Assembly (NCBI RefSeq): GCF_001194135.2
Contig: NC_069004.1
Coordinates: forward strand, 32,624,553 to 32,688,552
Source: Octopus bimaculoides
Lineage: Eukaryota
Direction: 5' to 3'
Length of the DNA: 64,000 nucleotides
In this document: positions 50,934 through 63,629 of the stretch, piece after piece
How positions within the stretch are numbered: the first letter of the stretch is position 1
Layout of the letters: the number at the start of each line of letters is the position of its first letter
Position numbers and translations under genes: made by a program
Notes under the pieces: generated by a model
The model's database searches: none
Told to the model about the DNA's origin: nothing
What the model saw: only the letters and a program-made list of their open reading frames with translations

Positions 50934-51052
50934 GTATAAGAAGAGATGACCACTAAGTGGACATCCAATATGCTAGAAAGAGGTCATCCGGGTCGTTGAT
51001 GACCTCTTTCTAGCATATTGGATGTCCACTTAGTGGTCATCCCTTCTTATAC
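50934..51052. repeat. Near-perfect palindrome (55-bp arms, 9-nt loop)
   Basis: Arms 50934-50988 and 50998-51052, one mismatch. Confidence 0.95.
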
Positions 51053-51416
51053 ACATGTAATACAACTTTTCTGAATTTTCAGATTCTTTATATGCTAGGC
51101 CACTGGTTTTTAATTGATGTTAATTAAATTAATATCCAATTTATCACCCTTGCCTGATCAAAGAAAATGGATTTTTTTTTTCAAGTGGTTTGTTATTGAG
51201 CATTTGATTTCAATTGCTACAATCACATGCATACATGTATATAAAAATATGTCCATAGATATGAGTGTGTGTGTGTGTGTGNNNNNNNNNNNNNNNNNNN
51301 NNNNNNNNNNNNNNNNNNNNNNNNNNNNNNNNNNNNNNNNNNNNNNNNNNNNNNNNNNNNNNNNNNNNNNNNNNNNNNNNNNNNNNNNNNNNNNNNNNNN
51401 NNNNNNNNNNNNNNNN

Positions 51417-51450
<34 letters not shown>

Positions 51451-52115
51451 TCATTCATTCAGACACACACATGTGGTCATGAATGTTTGGTGATAATCAA
51501 AAGACTATAACCATGAATACAAGCACCCAAAATAGGGTCCTTGCAAAGATCCTCTGGGTTAACATTATCCAACAGGGTACATAGCTTGGGAATCAGAGAT
51601 CCTCTTCAGCTCAAGCTGCTGCTTCCCTGCTTCGAGGGGTCACAGCTTCAGTAGTAAGGACATGTGATTATAATATTGCAGGGAAGAATTGCAAGATGAA
51701 TTCTTCAAGCTAATCCAACAGGCTGGAGACCTAGGGAGTAGATTAAGGATTGAGATGGCTGGATTAAATGATATCGACAGGCTCAGTTGGTTATGTTTGG
51801 GAATCCAGCCAAAAACTGATGGTTACTTCTGAAAGGGCCTTATGGGAGAAGTGCCTGAGGATTTTGACTTCACGACCCTCTCGGGAATAGTGGGTGGAGT
51901 AGATCAAAGGGTCGATATATTTGTGTGTGTATGTGTAATATATATGGATAGATGTGTGTGTGTGTATACACACGTGGATGTGTATATGTATATATATATA
52001 CACACATACACATGTATATGTGTGTTTTGATATAATATGTATATATTCATACATACACACATACACACACATGTATGTATGTATATATGTATGTATATAT
52101 GCATGTATATAAACA

Positions 52116-52158
<43 letters not shown>

Positions 52159-52689
52159 CGTTATTCTGATGTTATTCTATTATATGCATGGAGTACTTTT
52201 CTGTCATTGTCTGGACACACACTCCCTCGTATTCCATACAATTGGTAGTTTTTTTTAGAAGTTATAATTTTTTTTCTTTTCCTTCACTTCCTTCTCTTTT
52301 GGTCCCATTCTTCTACTCCGCTTTTATTTGTTAATCTCACCCCATTTCAAAGTCAATAGAAAGAATAAAAGAGAGAAATGAAACGAAATGGAAAATTCCA
52401 AACCTGTAAATGTTGTAGCTTGCTGAGTTACCTCCCTTTACATAGCAGAAACAAAATTTCCTTGAGCAAACAATTATACTTCACTTCCAGCCCCCCAGGG
52501 ACCGGTAGGAACTTGGGCTCATATCTGAGTTCTGTGGTACTAAGGAGTTGAGGGAGTGAGTCTTTTTCATTGGGTCATTATATCCAAGTTTAAAAAAGAG
52601 GTGGGGGTCACCCACTCAACACATGGAGAGAAAGGCTCACTACATGTTTTAAGTTATACATCTCCATTCACATCCTGAGTGTTTTATCT

Positions 52690-54200
52690 TACGTATCTTT
52701 CACATGGTTCGGTCATTGGACTACTGTCATGCTGGAGCACCATCTCGAAGGGTTTAGTTGAACAAATAAACCCTAGTACTTATTTTAATATTTGTTACTT
52801 ATTCTATTGTTCTCTTGCTGGACTGCTAGGCTGTGGGGGATGTAAGCAAACCAACACCGTTTGTCAAGCAATGGTGGAGGACCATCTGAAACACACATAC
52901 ACATGGGATGAACTTCCACACAGTTTCCATCTAGCAGATTCACTCACAAGGCATTGGTCAGCCCAGGGCTATTGGAGAAGACGCAACCTGAGGTGGTTTG
53001 TAGTGGGACCAAATCTGAAGAAATTGTGTGGTTGTAAAGCAAGCTTAAACCCCTCTTTTTGACTGGTCTCTTGTTTTATCAATCTTTGAAATACATGGTT
53101 ATCCAGTAAATGAAACATTAGGCAAAAATGTTACCCCCTTAATGCATGATAAAGGGCCATTGCTAAATACAACTCTACTGGATCTACCAATCCCACTGAA
53201 TTCTGTGATTTAGTCAAGAGGTATTTCCACAGATCATCATCATCGTCGTCATCATCTTCATCATTTAATATCAGTTTTCCATCCTGGCACGGGTTGGATG
53301 GTTTGACAGGAACCAGCAAGCCACAGGATTGTGTTGAGCTCCAGTGTCAGCTTTGGCATGGTTTCTATGACTGGACACTCTTCTTGACTCCAGCTACTTT
53401 TCAGTGTGTACTGGGCTTTTTTTTTTTTTTTTCTTGCCACCAGCACTGGTGAAGTTGCTAGGCAACTTGTAACACAAGAAAGAACATGAGAGGGAAAAGG
53501 GGGAAAATCCATCCCCTTGTTGTGAGGGTGGGTGGCAGAGATAGTTATATGCCAAGTGTTGAAGGCCTTAAAATTTATGACAGGGGACCAAATCACTACA
53601 TAAGTGATCTTAATCATTTGTCATTCATAGTGGGTCAGACTGCATTCACTAAGTCCAGTACCAGTAATAACAAGGGGACAGAGAGGGAGCATGGCTGGAT
53701 GAATGGATGTGAGCCAACCATCCAGTTTGAATACCTTTAATCTTTGTTGTTTCTTCTGGGTCTATAATGAGCAGGTGTTCCAGCCATGCTCATCCCATCC
53801 TTTCATCAGTCACACAGTGTAACTTGAACTACATTATCTTATCTTTTATCTTTTGCTTGTTTTAGTCATTAGACTGCAGCCATTCTGGGGAATTGTCTTG
53901 AAGAATTTTAGTTGAACAAATCCACCTCCATATTTCTTTTTATTGGTATCTTTTGTTGAACTGTTAAGTTATGGGGATGTAAACACACTAACACCAATTG
54001 TCAAGCAGTGGTGAGACACACACACACGCACGCATGCATGCCAGGCTTCTTTCAGCTTCCATCTGCCAAATCCACTTGTAAGGCTTTGGCCAGAACAAGG
54101 CTATAGTAGAAGACATTTGCTCAAGGTGCCACACAATGGGACTGAACCCAGAACCATGTGGTTGGGAAGTACACTTCTTACAACATATCCACGCCTATGT
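52690..54200 (-). mobile_element. Cluster of minus-strand family A SINEs (52690-53060, 53235-53460, 53820-54200)
   Basis: Reverse-complement matches to the head, tail H and RTE-like tail. Confidence 0.7.
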
Positions 54201-55523
54201 GTCATTCTTTTGTTTTTTAACATGACAAAGTGTGTTTGAGAGAAATCTGGCTGCTATTTCTAGCGCATTGAGTGTCCATATAAAGCAATCACACACAAAC
54301 TGCAGCTCACAGAAGTTTCTTAATGGCATGCTTAATAAAAAATTACCTTAATTTTTGAGTAGTATAGCCCACCTGATGATGAGTTGTGTTTCATGCTGTC
54401 CACTTCTTGAAAGGGGTTGTCTTTACTTGTTCCTCCTTATTTTATAAGCAATGTTGTTTTGCCCCAGGTCAACTCTGATCCCAGCACACCTATGATTGAA
54501 CCGACGTTTTGCTATTGAAGATGTCTCGTCTCTTATTCAAATACATATCTAGGACCTCATTATTATCCTGTGCCTTTTTTAATGACACAAAATTAAGTTC
54601 GTTTCATGCCCACTTGTCATTTAAAAAAATTTTTTTAACTACAATAAAGATTTGATTTGAGGAAGATTTGGCTAATATTTCATGCTGATCAAATAAAACC
54701 TATTGGGATTCAGATATTGACTTTGCTTATGTCATTCTGATCTGACAGACCTATAGTCAAAACTCTTCCAGATGTGACCAATCCATTTGTTTTTTGGGTT
54801 TTTTTGTAAAAATACTCTATTTATGATTACATTATTGAATATATTCGATCTTTTTTCTTTTTTTTTTTTTGAGATTCATTTGGCTACTAATTCTATCAGG
54901 TCACCCTAACTCTCAGAATTTTCTTCTGTGTGTCTGTGACGCCCTAGACATGCTACATAGGTGCGTTTACATCTCCATAACTTAGCAGTTCAGAAAAAGA
55001 GACTGATAGAATAAGTACTAGGTTTACAAAGAATAAGTCCTGGGGTCAATTTCTGTGACTAAAAACCCATTCAGGTGGTACTCCAGCATGACCGCTGTCA
55101 AATGACAAAAACAAATAACAGAATAACAGAAAGTGTGTGTGTGTGTGTGTGCGCATATACATTATATATTCCACTGTATATGTAGTGGAAATGCGTAGTT
55201 ACATATATGAATTTAATTGTTTGTGGATTAATTGTAACTTTGATTTGATGAAAACGACAATGAAAACCATTTGAAAAAGAAATAGATATCACTGTGCTTC
55301 CACGTGGGAAAGACATCATCTGGCAGCAATGTGGAAAGTCTGCCTGGGAAATCACACAAAGTATCTGAGAGAGTAAAGATAGCAGCTAGGAGTGAAGCGA
55401 TTAAACGTTGACTTTTAACTGTGTATGAGTGGTTGAAAGTGTTGTAGATGTGTCTCTATATTGTGTAAGAATAGGACCGAAAGATGTTGAATATGAAGAG
55501 AACTGCAAGAAAGAGACCGATGA

Positions 55524-55665
55524 TTCAACTCTTTTGTTACCATTATTTCTGTTGAAACACTCTGCCTTTATTTCAATTGATTTTGAAAATAATGGAGAAT
55601 TTAGTAAAATAACCTTGTCATTACTAAGCTCGTGTTTGAGACATAAATTAACATGAAATCTCATG
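55524..55665. mobile_element. Partial copy of the 35698 MITE, cut by a SINE at 55669
   Basis: Reverse-complement similarity to 35820-35971. Confidence 0.55.
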
Positions 55666-55668
55666 AAA

Positions 55669-55976
55669 GGCGCAGGAGTGGCTGTGTGGTAAGTAGCTTG
55701 CTTACCAACCACATGGTTCTGGGTTCAGTCCCACTGCGTGGCACCTTGGGCAGGTTTCTTCTACTATAGCCTTGGGCTGACCAAAGCCTTGTGAGTGGAT
55801 GCCAGTAGCCTCTGACTGACTCCTGTGCTGGTAGCACATAAAAAGCACCATCCAAACGTGAGCAATGCCAGTGCCACTAGTGGCACGTAAAAAGCAGCCA
55901 CTACATTCTTGGAGTGATTGGCGTTAGGAAGGGCATCCAGCTGTAGAAACATTGCCAGATCAGATTGGAGCCTGGT
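55669..55976 (+). mobile_element. SINE family A, well-preserved copy
   Basis: ggcgcaggagtggctgtgtggtaagtagc...gggttcagtccc (A/B-box like), internal tggcacgtaaaaagca modules, tail running into a gap. Confidence 0.85.
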
Positions 55977-56203
55977 NNNNNNNNNNNNNNNNNNNNNNNN
56001 NNNNNNNNNNNNNNNNNNNNNNNNNNNNNNNNNNNNNNNNNNNNNNNNNNNNNNNNNNNNNNNNNNNNNNNNNNNNNNNNNNNNNNNNNNNNNNNNNNNN
56101 NNNNNNNNNNNNNNNNNNNNNNNNNNNNNNNNNNNNNNNNNNNNNNNNNNNNNNNNNNNNNNNNNNNNNNNNNNNNNNNNNNNNNNNNNNNNNNNNNNNN
56201 NNN

Positions 56204-56260
<57 letters not shown>

Positions 56261-57215
56261 TACACTATTTTATCAAAGCCATGATAAACTTCACAAACTG
56301 TGAACAACTTCAGCAAAATATATTTTATGAGGTTTATTCAGTTTTAACAAAATAGCATTTTGCCCCGCCTTTTTGATATGCAAGTTCTACTTTTTCCACC
56401 TCGTTTTGCACGGATGTGCTTGCTGACTCTCACACACACACACACACACATATTGCTGAGATCATAGCAATTTAGAAACTTTCAAGAGAGTATGATGTAA
56501 TTCTTTTTTATTTCAGTAAAGCTCGGTGTAGATAAAGCTATAAATAACAACAGCATGTAAATATAAAGTTTTTAAAAAAATTCCTTTGCATAGAAAAGGT
56601 CCCAGGCTATCCATGGGTCACAAACTCACATCTTCTCTAAGCACAACTGATGTTCTACCATTGGACCAAAACAATCCTTTGAACTTCTTTATCTGTTTTA
56701 GCAACTATTCTTACTAACGAAGACTGTATTAGAATGTCTGTCATGTTTATGAAAGATATCAGTTCAAGTCACACAGGCAGCCTTTGACTTTTCTATCCAA
56801 AGGGGTTTTTAAACCTAATGTTTAACACTCCTTTATGGCTTTGTTTGCTTTGACTTCCACTATTCCAAAAAAAGATATCTGGGTAAATTGGAAACAGTTT
56901 TTTTATTTCGATTTGTAATATTGGTTTCAAATTTTGGCACAAGGCCAGCAATGTCTGGTGGGAAAGTAAGTTGATTACACTGACCCCTAGTGGTACTTGT
57001 TTCCTCAACCCCGAAAGGATGAAAGGCAAAGTAGATCTCAGTGGAATTTGAACTCAGAACATAAAAAGCCAGCTAAATACCACCATATATATATATACAG
57101 AGAGAGAGAGATTTTAATTATAATGTATTTGTAATTTTGTATTGTTAGATTGTTCTAAAAATATGCAAGAACTGAATAAACATTGAAAGAATGAACAACA
57201 ATAAAAGACTCTATT

Positions 57216-57247
<32 letters not shown>

Positions 57248-57260
57248 TGGGTGTGTGTGT

Positions 57261-57318
<58 letters not shown>

Positions 57319-57430
57319 GTGAGTGAGAGATGTAAAGGGTAGTTCTCAATAGTGAGGTCGTTTCTGAACATCTATTGAGAATAAACTAGTTCAGGGAAGC
57401 ATCTAGAAACTCAAACATTTGGTCTAGTAA

Positions 57431-57462
<32 letters not shown>

Positions 57463-57948
57463 ATGGCAACAGTGTTTCTATTGGTATACACACACGCGCA
57501 CGTGTGCACATGCTCATAGGTGCGAGAGCATGTGTATGTTTAAAAATAGACTGCAGCATGGCTGAATGCCTTAGAAGCTTGCTTCTCAATCACATGATCC
57601 AAGGTTCAATTTCACAGCATGACATCTTGGCCAAGCATCATTTACCATGATCTTGGGTGGTTGACCCTTGTTACAGGCACTGAGCAGATGGAAACTGTGT
57701 GGAAGCTCTCCCAATGGATTGTACCTCTAATTCAAAAGGTACAGACTTGTCACACACTATCTTATGCTGGTTGTTTAAAAGTAAACATACGTGTAGAATA
57801 CTCAGCCACATACATGCTAATTAAATGGCCAGGAAATTCAGTTAATTGAGCAATTAAGTGCTTATTGCCTGAACTGATAATTATATTTACATCCTAATAC
57901 ATAAATCTCTAAATCTCTTTTTGTTTATATATATATATATATACATGA

Positions 57949-58041
<93 letters not shown>

Positions 58042-58046
<5 letters not shown>

Positions 58047-58215
58047 CATCATCATCATCGTTTAACGTCCGCTTTCCATGCTAGCATGGGTTGGACGATT
58101 TGATTGAGGACTAGTGAAACTGGATGGCAACACCAGGCTCCAATCTGATTTGGCAGTGTTTCTACAGCTGGATGCCCTTCCTAACGCCAACCACTCAGAG
58201 AGTGTAAGGGGCTTT
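58042..58215 (-). mobile_element. Young family A RTE-like tail copy after (TA)n
   Basis: Near identity to the 143 and 10400 copies. Confidence 0.85.
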
Positions 58216-58549
58216 TTTTATGAGTACCACCTGATTAGTTGAATTCATATATTGTGATTTACATATAAACAAGCATGTTTGTTTATATGTGTGTGTACAT
58301 TAAACATTTACTAGGGCCTGTTAACTAATTCCTTGTAAAAGTTAATGCATAAATGTATAGGAAACATCCTGATAAAATAAATTTGTAAAGATTCATGTTA
58401 CACAACTTTAGATCTTTCCCAGATAAATACTATTATATAATAAATACTCAAGATATTTTTGTGCAATTTTGGTAAATATATCTGTTAAAATGAGTTGTCA
58501 GTATTATTTTCATTTTTGCATAATTTAGACAACAGTTTATTCACCGTAC

Positions 58550-58586
<37 letters not shown>

Positions 58587-58588
<2 letters not shown>

Positions 58589-58740
58589 CTTCTGTGGACT
58601 TTGCTCTTTCTCCTTTCTGATGAAGAGCTATGCTCAAAATATCAAAAACTCTCTATCGAACATCAAACTAATACACTTCTTGTGCATGTCCTCTTGTCTT
58701 TTATTGTTTGTTTATTTGAATTGGCTGTACATACGTACAT
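58587..58740 (+). mobile_element. Penelope-type repeat with a decayed minimal hammerhead ribozyme
   Basis: tttCTGATGAaGAGCtatGCTCaaaatATCaaaa; abuts (TA)n. Confidence 0.5.
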
Positions 58741-59163
58741 ACACACAACTAGCTGATAACACATAAGAAGGGAACTGTAGTCACGGCCCTGTTTATTTCA
58801 ACAATTATCTATGTGTAAACAAACTCTGCACACACACTAACAGTGTGACAGTTGCTACTGCTGCTACCAGAGCCCTCATTCATCGTTTTAGCTCGACCTA
58901 ATCATTGCTCACTTACTCCAGGTCTCCCGACAACAGATGATAAGCTTGATGTTTCTTATGTTAATTTGTGTGTATATCTATCGTGAGGGAGGATGGCTCT
59001 CTAGGGGAGTGTTTTATGCAGGCAAAAAGATATTGTGTGTATTTCTCTAAAGATTGGTAGATAGATAAATACATTGTGATGATTTAATAAATATATGAAG
59101 TAGTAGTTATTATATATAATAGTATTTCTCTGGGAAAGATCTAAAATTGTGTAAAAGGAATCT

Positions 59164-59337
59164 TTACAAATTTATTTTATCAGGATGTTTCCTATACATT
59201 TATGCATGCATATATATCATCATCATCATCATCGTTTAACGTCCGCTTTCCATGCTAGCGGACGTTAAACGATGATGATGATGATGATATATATGCATGC
59301 ATAAATGTATAGGAAACATCCTGATAAAATAAATTTG

Positions 59338-59340
<3 letters not shown>
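59164..59340. repeat. Perfect palindrome (84-bp arms, 9-nt loop)
   Basis: Arms 59164-59247 and 59257-59340; loop ttccatgct. Confidence 0.95.
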
Positions 59341-59377
<37 letters not shown>

Positions 59378-59720
59378 GAAGGCACATAGCTCAGTGGTTA
59401 GAGTGTCGAGCTTACGGTCGTGAGGTTGTGAGTTTGATTCCCGGACCGGGCTGCCTGTTGTGTTCTTGAGCAAGACACTTTATTTCATGTTGCTCCAGTT
59501 AACTCAGTTGTAGAAATGAGTTGCGACATCGCTGGTGCCAAGTTGTATCGGCCCCTTTGCCTTTCCCTTGGATAACGTCAGTGGTGTGGAGAGGAGACAT
59601 TGGGTACGCATGGGTGACTGCTGGCCTTCCACAAACAACCTTGCCCAGACTTGTGCCTCAGAGGGTAACTTTCTAGGTGCAATCCCATGGTCATTCATGT
59701 CCGAAGGGGGTCTCCCCCCA
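59378..59720 (+). mobile_element. SINE family B, full length
   Basis: Collinear with 1438-1790. Other copies: 48975-49300 (-) and two partial tails in 35010-35300. Confidence 0.85.
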
Positions 59721-61641
59721 CTACATATATCATCATCATCATCATCGGCATTGTCGGTTAATGTCTGCTTTCCATGTTGGCATGAGTTGGACAGTTTATT
59801 CATACTGTGTTCTCATTATTCAGTTTGTTCTTCACATTCAAGTACCTGTGTGTTTATCAGTATTTTATTTTTATTTCATTCAATTTGAGAAAAATTGAAG
59901 CATGTCTGACAAGTCTAAAGCATATTGAATGAGCCCACACTGCATATGTACATATATATATGTTTGTAGAGAGAGAAAGAGAGTGTATGTGAGAAAATTA
60001 GTGGGTGAGTGAGAGAACAAAAAAGAAATCAAAGCAGGATACATGCTCACTCAACATTATTAGGTCAACGCAAGAAGTAGAAAAACAGTTATTTATGATA
60101 TTTGAGACCTGTTTTGATACCAGATACATTATAACAGTAAAGGAGTGACTATTACTCAAAGTGTATGCCTAGTATATACGTGTTGTTGTTGTGGTTGCTT
60201 AATCCCGATTTAACCATGCTTGAGACAGACCTATGATCTATTGGTTTTCACCCATTACTATTGTGACTGCTAAGAAATTTGAGGAACTTCTTCAGCAACT
60301 GTACTCCTTGTGAGATTTGTTGAGATTTGGCTGTTATTTCTAGCGCTGTGTGAAACCACATAGAGGTGCTGTCTTTGTTTCAGTTTGTAATTTGTGTGTG
60401 TGTGTGTGTTGTAGCAATATGAAGTTGGAATGTTAATGTCTAGGAATTGCAAGACATAGTAATGCCCTGGTGCTGCTGATGATAGTGGCGGCAGTGACAG
60501 TGATGGGGGTGGCTATTAAGGACATTCTTTGGTTCATGACAGAACAAAATAAACCATTTATTGCAATTCTATTCTTCATTTACTCCTAATGTAGACTATC
60601 TCTTCTCCCTGTCTCTCCTCCTCTTTCTCTCCACAATGTCTCTCTCTCTCTCTCTCCGCAATATCAACTTATGTTGATTGTCCATGGACATGCAAGACAA
60701 AGAGGCCACTTTATCATTGTTGTATTCTAAAGAACAGTATTTATTTTGTACGACACACTCATTACGTATGTGTGTAGGCGTGGGGGTGCAGGTATACAAA
60801 CTGTAATATATAGGTATAGCTTTTAAGCTACAAATAAAAACATATAAATGGTGTTAGTGTGTATGGGCATTTACGTGTGTGTTCATGCATATATATATAT
60901 ATATATACACACACATAAACATATACATATATATGTATATATATGTGTGTGTGTGTGTATATACATATACACACATGCACACACACATATATATGTATGT
61001 ATATATACATGTGTGTCGGTGTGTGCATGCACACAAATAAGTGAGTAAAAAAAAAAGCAAAAAGGGAGCTACTGAACAAAAAATATTAGAGGGACAAGTA
61101 AAAGCTTGTGTTTAAAAAGTGTAGAAATATAAAGCAAAAAAAACAACAAACAAAGATGTGTACAACGAAGCTGAATACACTAAAGGAAGAAGCAAGACAA
61201 TCTAGTGTATTGGGTGACACCCTTTGTCATAGAGAAGGGGAAAAATGGAAAAGAGAGTTGAGAGGCAAGAGAAACAGAAGAGACCTCTGTTCACATAGCA
61301 AATCTCAGGTAAAATGAAAACTAGTTGTGGAGTGGGATGACTGGAAGTGGAGGCACAATCTGGGTTACAATGAGATGAAATGAAGAAAAGAGGAATGAGG
61401 GAATGGGAATTGGTTAGAAAAGTAGGAGGGAAAGTGAAAAAGAAGGGGAGAGAAGGAGGGGGGTGCAAACTGAGGAGCTCATGATATGATGTGTGGTTTG
61501 ATGTGTAGGTTGTGTGTCTTGTTGAAGAGGGGACCCTGTGTGCAATGTATTTGTGTGGTGTGTCAGGGTGTGATGAATTGTACGTAGGGGTAATAGGTTA
61601 GAGATATGTTTCTAGATTTAAGATGAGATGATGTGTATGCC

Positions 61642-61686
<45 letters not shown>

Positions 61687-61704
61687 CCATGTTGTGCCAG
61701 TGTA

Positions 61705-61945
61705 GTTCCTTATTTCTTTATTGCCCACAAGGGGTTAAACATAGAGGGGACAAACAAGGACAGACAAAGGGATGAAGTTGATTACATCGACCCCACTTCG
61801 TAACTGGTACTTAATTTATCGACCCCAAAAGGATGAAAGGAAAAGTCGACCTCGGCGGAATTTGAACTCAGAACGTAACAGCAGACGAAATACCAATAAG
61901 CATTTCACCCGGCGTGCTAACGACTCTGGCAGCTCGCCGCCTTGT
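61705..61945 (-). mobile_element. Young full-length family C SINE with variant tail
   Basis: ggcggcgagctgccagagtcgttagcacgccggg head with CpGs intact; tail tttgtctgtccttgtttgtcccctctatgtttaaccccttgtgggcaataaagaaat. Other family C copies: 9625-9830 (-), 34480-34660 (+), 56920-57075 (-). Confidence 0.85.
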
Positions 61946-62701
61946 GCCAGTATAGTTTCTGGTATGCTTAATCTATATGGCTGTATAGATATATGGAATA
62001 GTGTATATGGTCAATTTTTATCAGATTTTTTGCTGCTTATACAACTTAATGAAATGAATACTAAAAGAAAAATATTTCTTACCTTAAAATAAAATTAAAT
62101 AAAACAAATTTTTCATTTGTTTAACACCTTTCCATTACTACTCTCTCATTTCCTCCTTCTCCTCTGTGATTCTTTATCATATGCACTGTGTGTATAGTGT
62201 TTTTTCACTCATTGCCTGCACCAAGCCTAATATGTGCCCTCATCCTGCACCTCTTACCTCAACTTGTTCTGTATCTCTCTTTTAGTCTCTCTCTCTCTCT
62301 TTCCTCTTATTGCTATATGATTTAAAGTGTGACTGGAAAAATCTACCAATCAACCAACCAACTACCATTTATATTAACTATTATTATTATTATTATTATA
62401 TTCATCATCATCATCATTTAATGTCTGCTCGCCATGTTGGCATGGGTTAGACGGTTTGACTGGCATGGCTTCTACAGCTGGATGCCCTTCCTAACACCGA
62501 CCACTCCTGGAGTGTAATGGGAGCTTTTATGTGCCACCAGCACAGGTGCCATATACATGATACTAACAATGACCAGGACTACAATTCGTGGGTGCCATTT
62601 GCATGACACACACACACTCTCTCTCACTTGCACACACACTCTCTCTCTCTCACTTGCACACACACACACACACACACACACTCTCTCTCTCTCTCTCACT
62701 T

Positions 62702-62735
<34 letters not shown>

Positions 62736-63629
62736 NNNNNNNNNNNNNNNNNNNNNNNNNNNNNNNNNNNNNNNNNNNNNNNNNNNNNNNNNNNNNNNNN
62801 NNNNNNNNNNNNNNNNNNNNNNNNNNNNNNNNNNNNNNNNNNNNNNNNNNNNNNNNNNNNNNNNNNNNNNNNNNNNNNNNNNNNNNNNNNNNNNNNNNNN
62901 NNNNNNNNNNNNNNNNNNNNNNNNNNNNNNNNNNNNNNNNNNNNNNNNNNNNNNNNNNNNNNNNNNNNNNNNNNNNNNNNNNNNNNNNNNNNNNNNNNNN
63001 NNNNNNNNNNNNNNNNNNNNNNNNNNNNNNNNNNNNNNNNNNNNNNNNNNNNNNNNNNNNNNNNNNNNNNNNNNNNNNNNNNNNNNNNNNNNNNNNNNNN
63101 NNNNNNNNNNNNNNNNNNNNNNNNNNNNNNNNNNNNNNNNNNNNNNNNNNNNNNNNNNNNNNNNNNNNNNNNNNNNNNNNNNNNNNNNNNNNNNNNNNNN
63201 NNNNNNNNNNNNNNNNNNNNNNNNNNNNNNNNNNNNNNNNNNNNNNNNNNNNNNNNNNNNNNNNNNNNNNNNNNNNNNNNNNNNNNNNNNNNNNNNNNNN
63301 NNNNNNNNNNNNNNNNNNNNNNNNNNNNNNNNNNNNNNNNNNNNNNNNNNNNNNNNNNNNNNNNNNNNNNNNNNNNNNNNNNNNNNNNNNNNNNNNNNNN
63401 NNNNNNNNNNNNNNNNNNNNNNNNNNNNNNNNNNNNNNNNNNNNNNNNNNNNNNNNNNNNNNNNNNNNNNNNNNNNNNNNNNNNNNNNNNNNNNNNNNNN
63501 NNNNNNNNNNNNNNNNNNNNNNNNNNNNNNNNNNNNNNNNNNNNNNNNNNNNNNNNNNNNNNNNNNNNNNNNNNNNNNNNNNNNNNNNNNNNNNNNNNNN
63601 NNNNNNNNNNNNNNNNNNNNNNNNNNNNN
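62736..63629. other. Largest assembly gap
   Basis: Other N runs: 2605-2750, 8582-8702, 18009-18362, 21787-21796, 22419-22428, 22758-22796, 27728-28186, 38104-38113, 39820-39898, 41519-42138, 44093-44222, 47150-47202, 48766-48775, 51282-51416, 55977-56203. Exons could be hidden in them. Confidence 1.

Noticed and set aside
54370-54410. CTGATGA followed by a short stem as a third hammerhead
   Set aside because: No GAAA after stem II.
55285-55410. Frame ISLCFHVGKTSSGSNVESLPGKSHKVSERVKIAARSEAIKR*
   Set aside because: No polypyrimidine tract and wrong phase after the 49978 donor.
58922-58982. Exon after a good branch/acceptor (ctaat...cttactccag)
   Set aside because: The only donor found gives 61 nt, which shifts the frame, and the peptide is uninformative.
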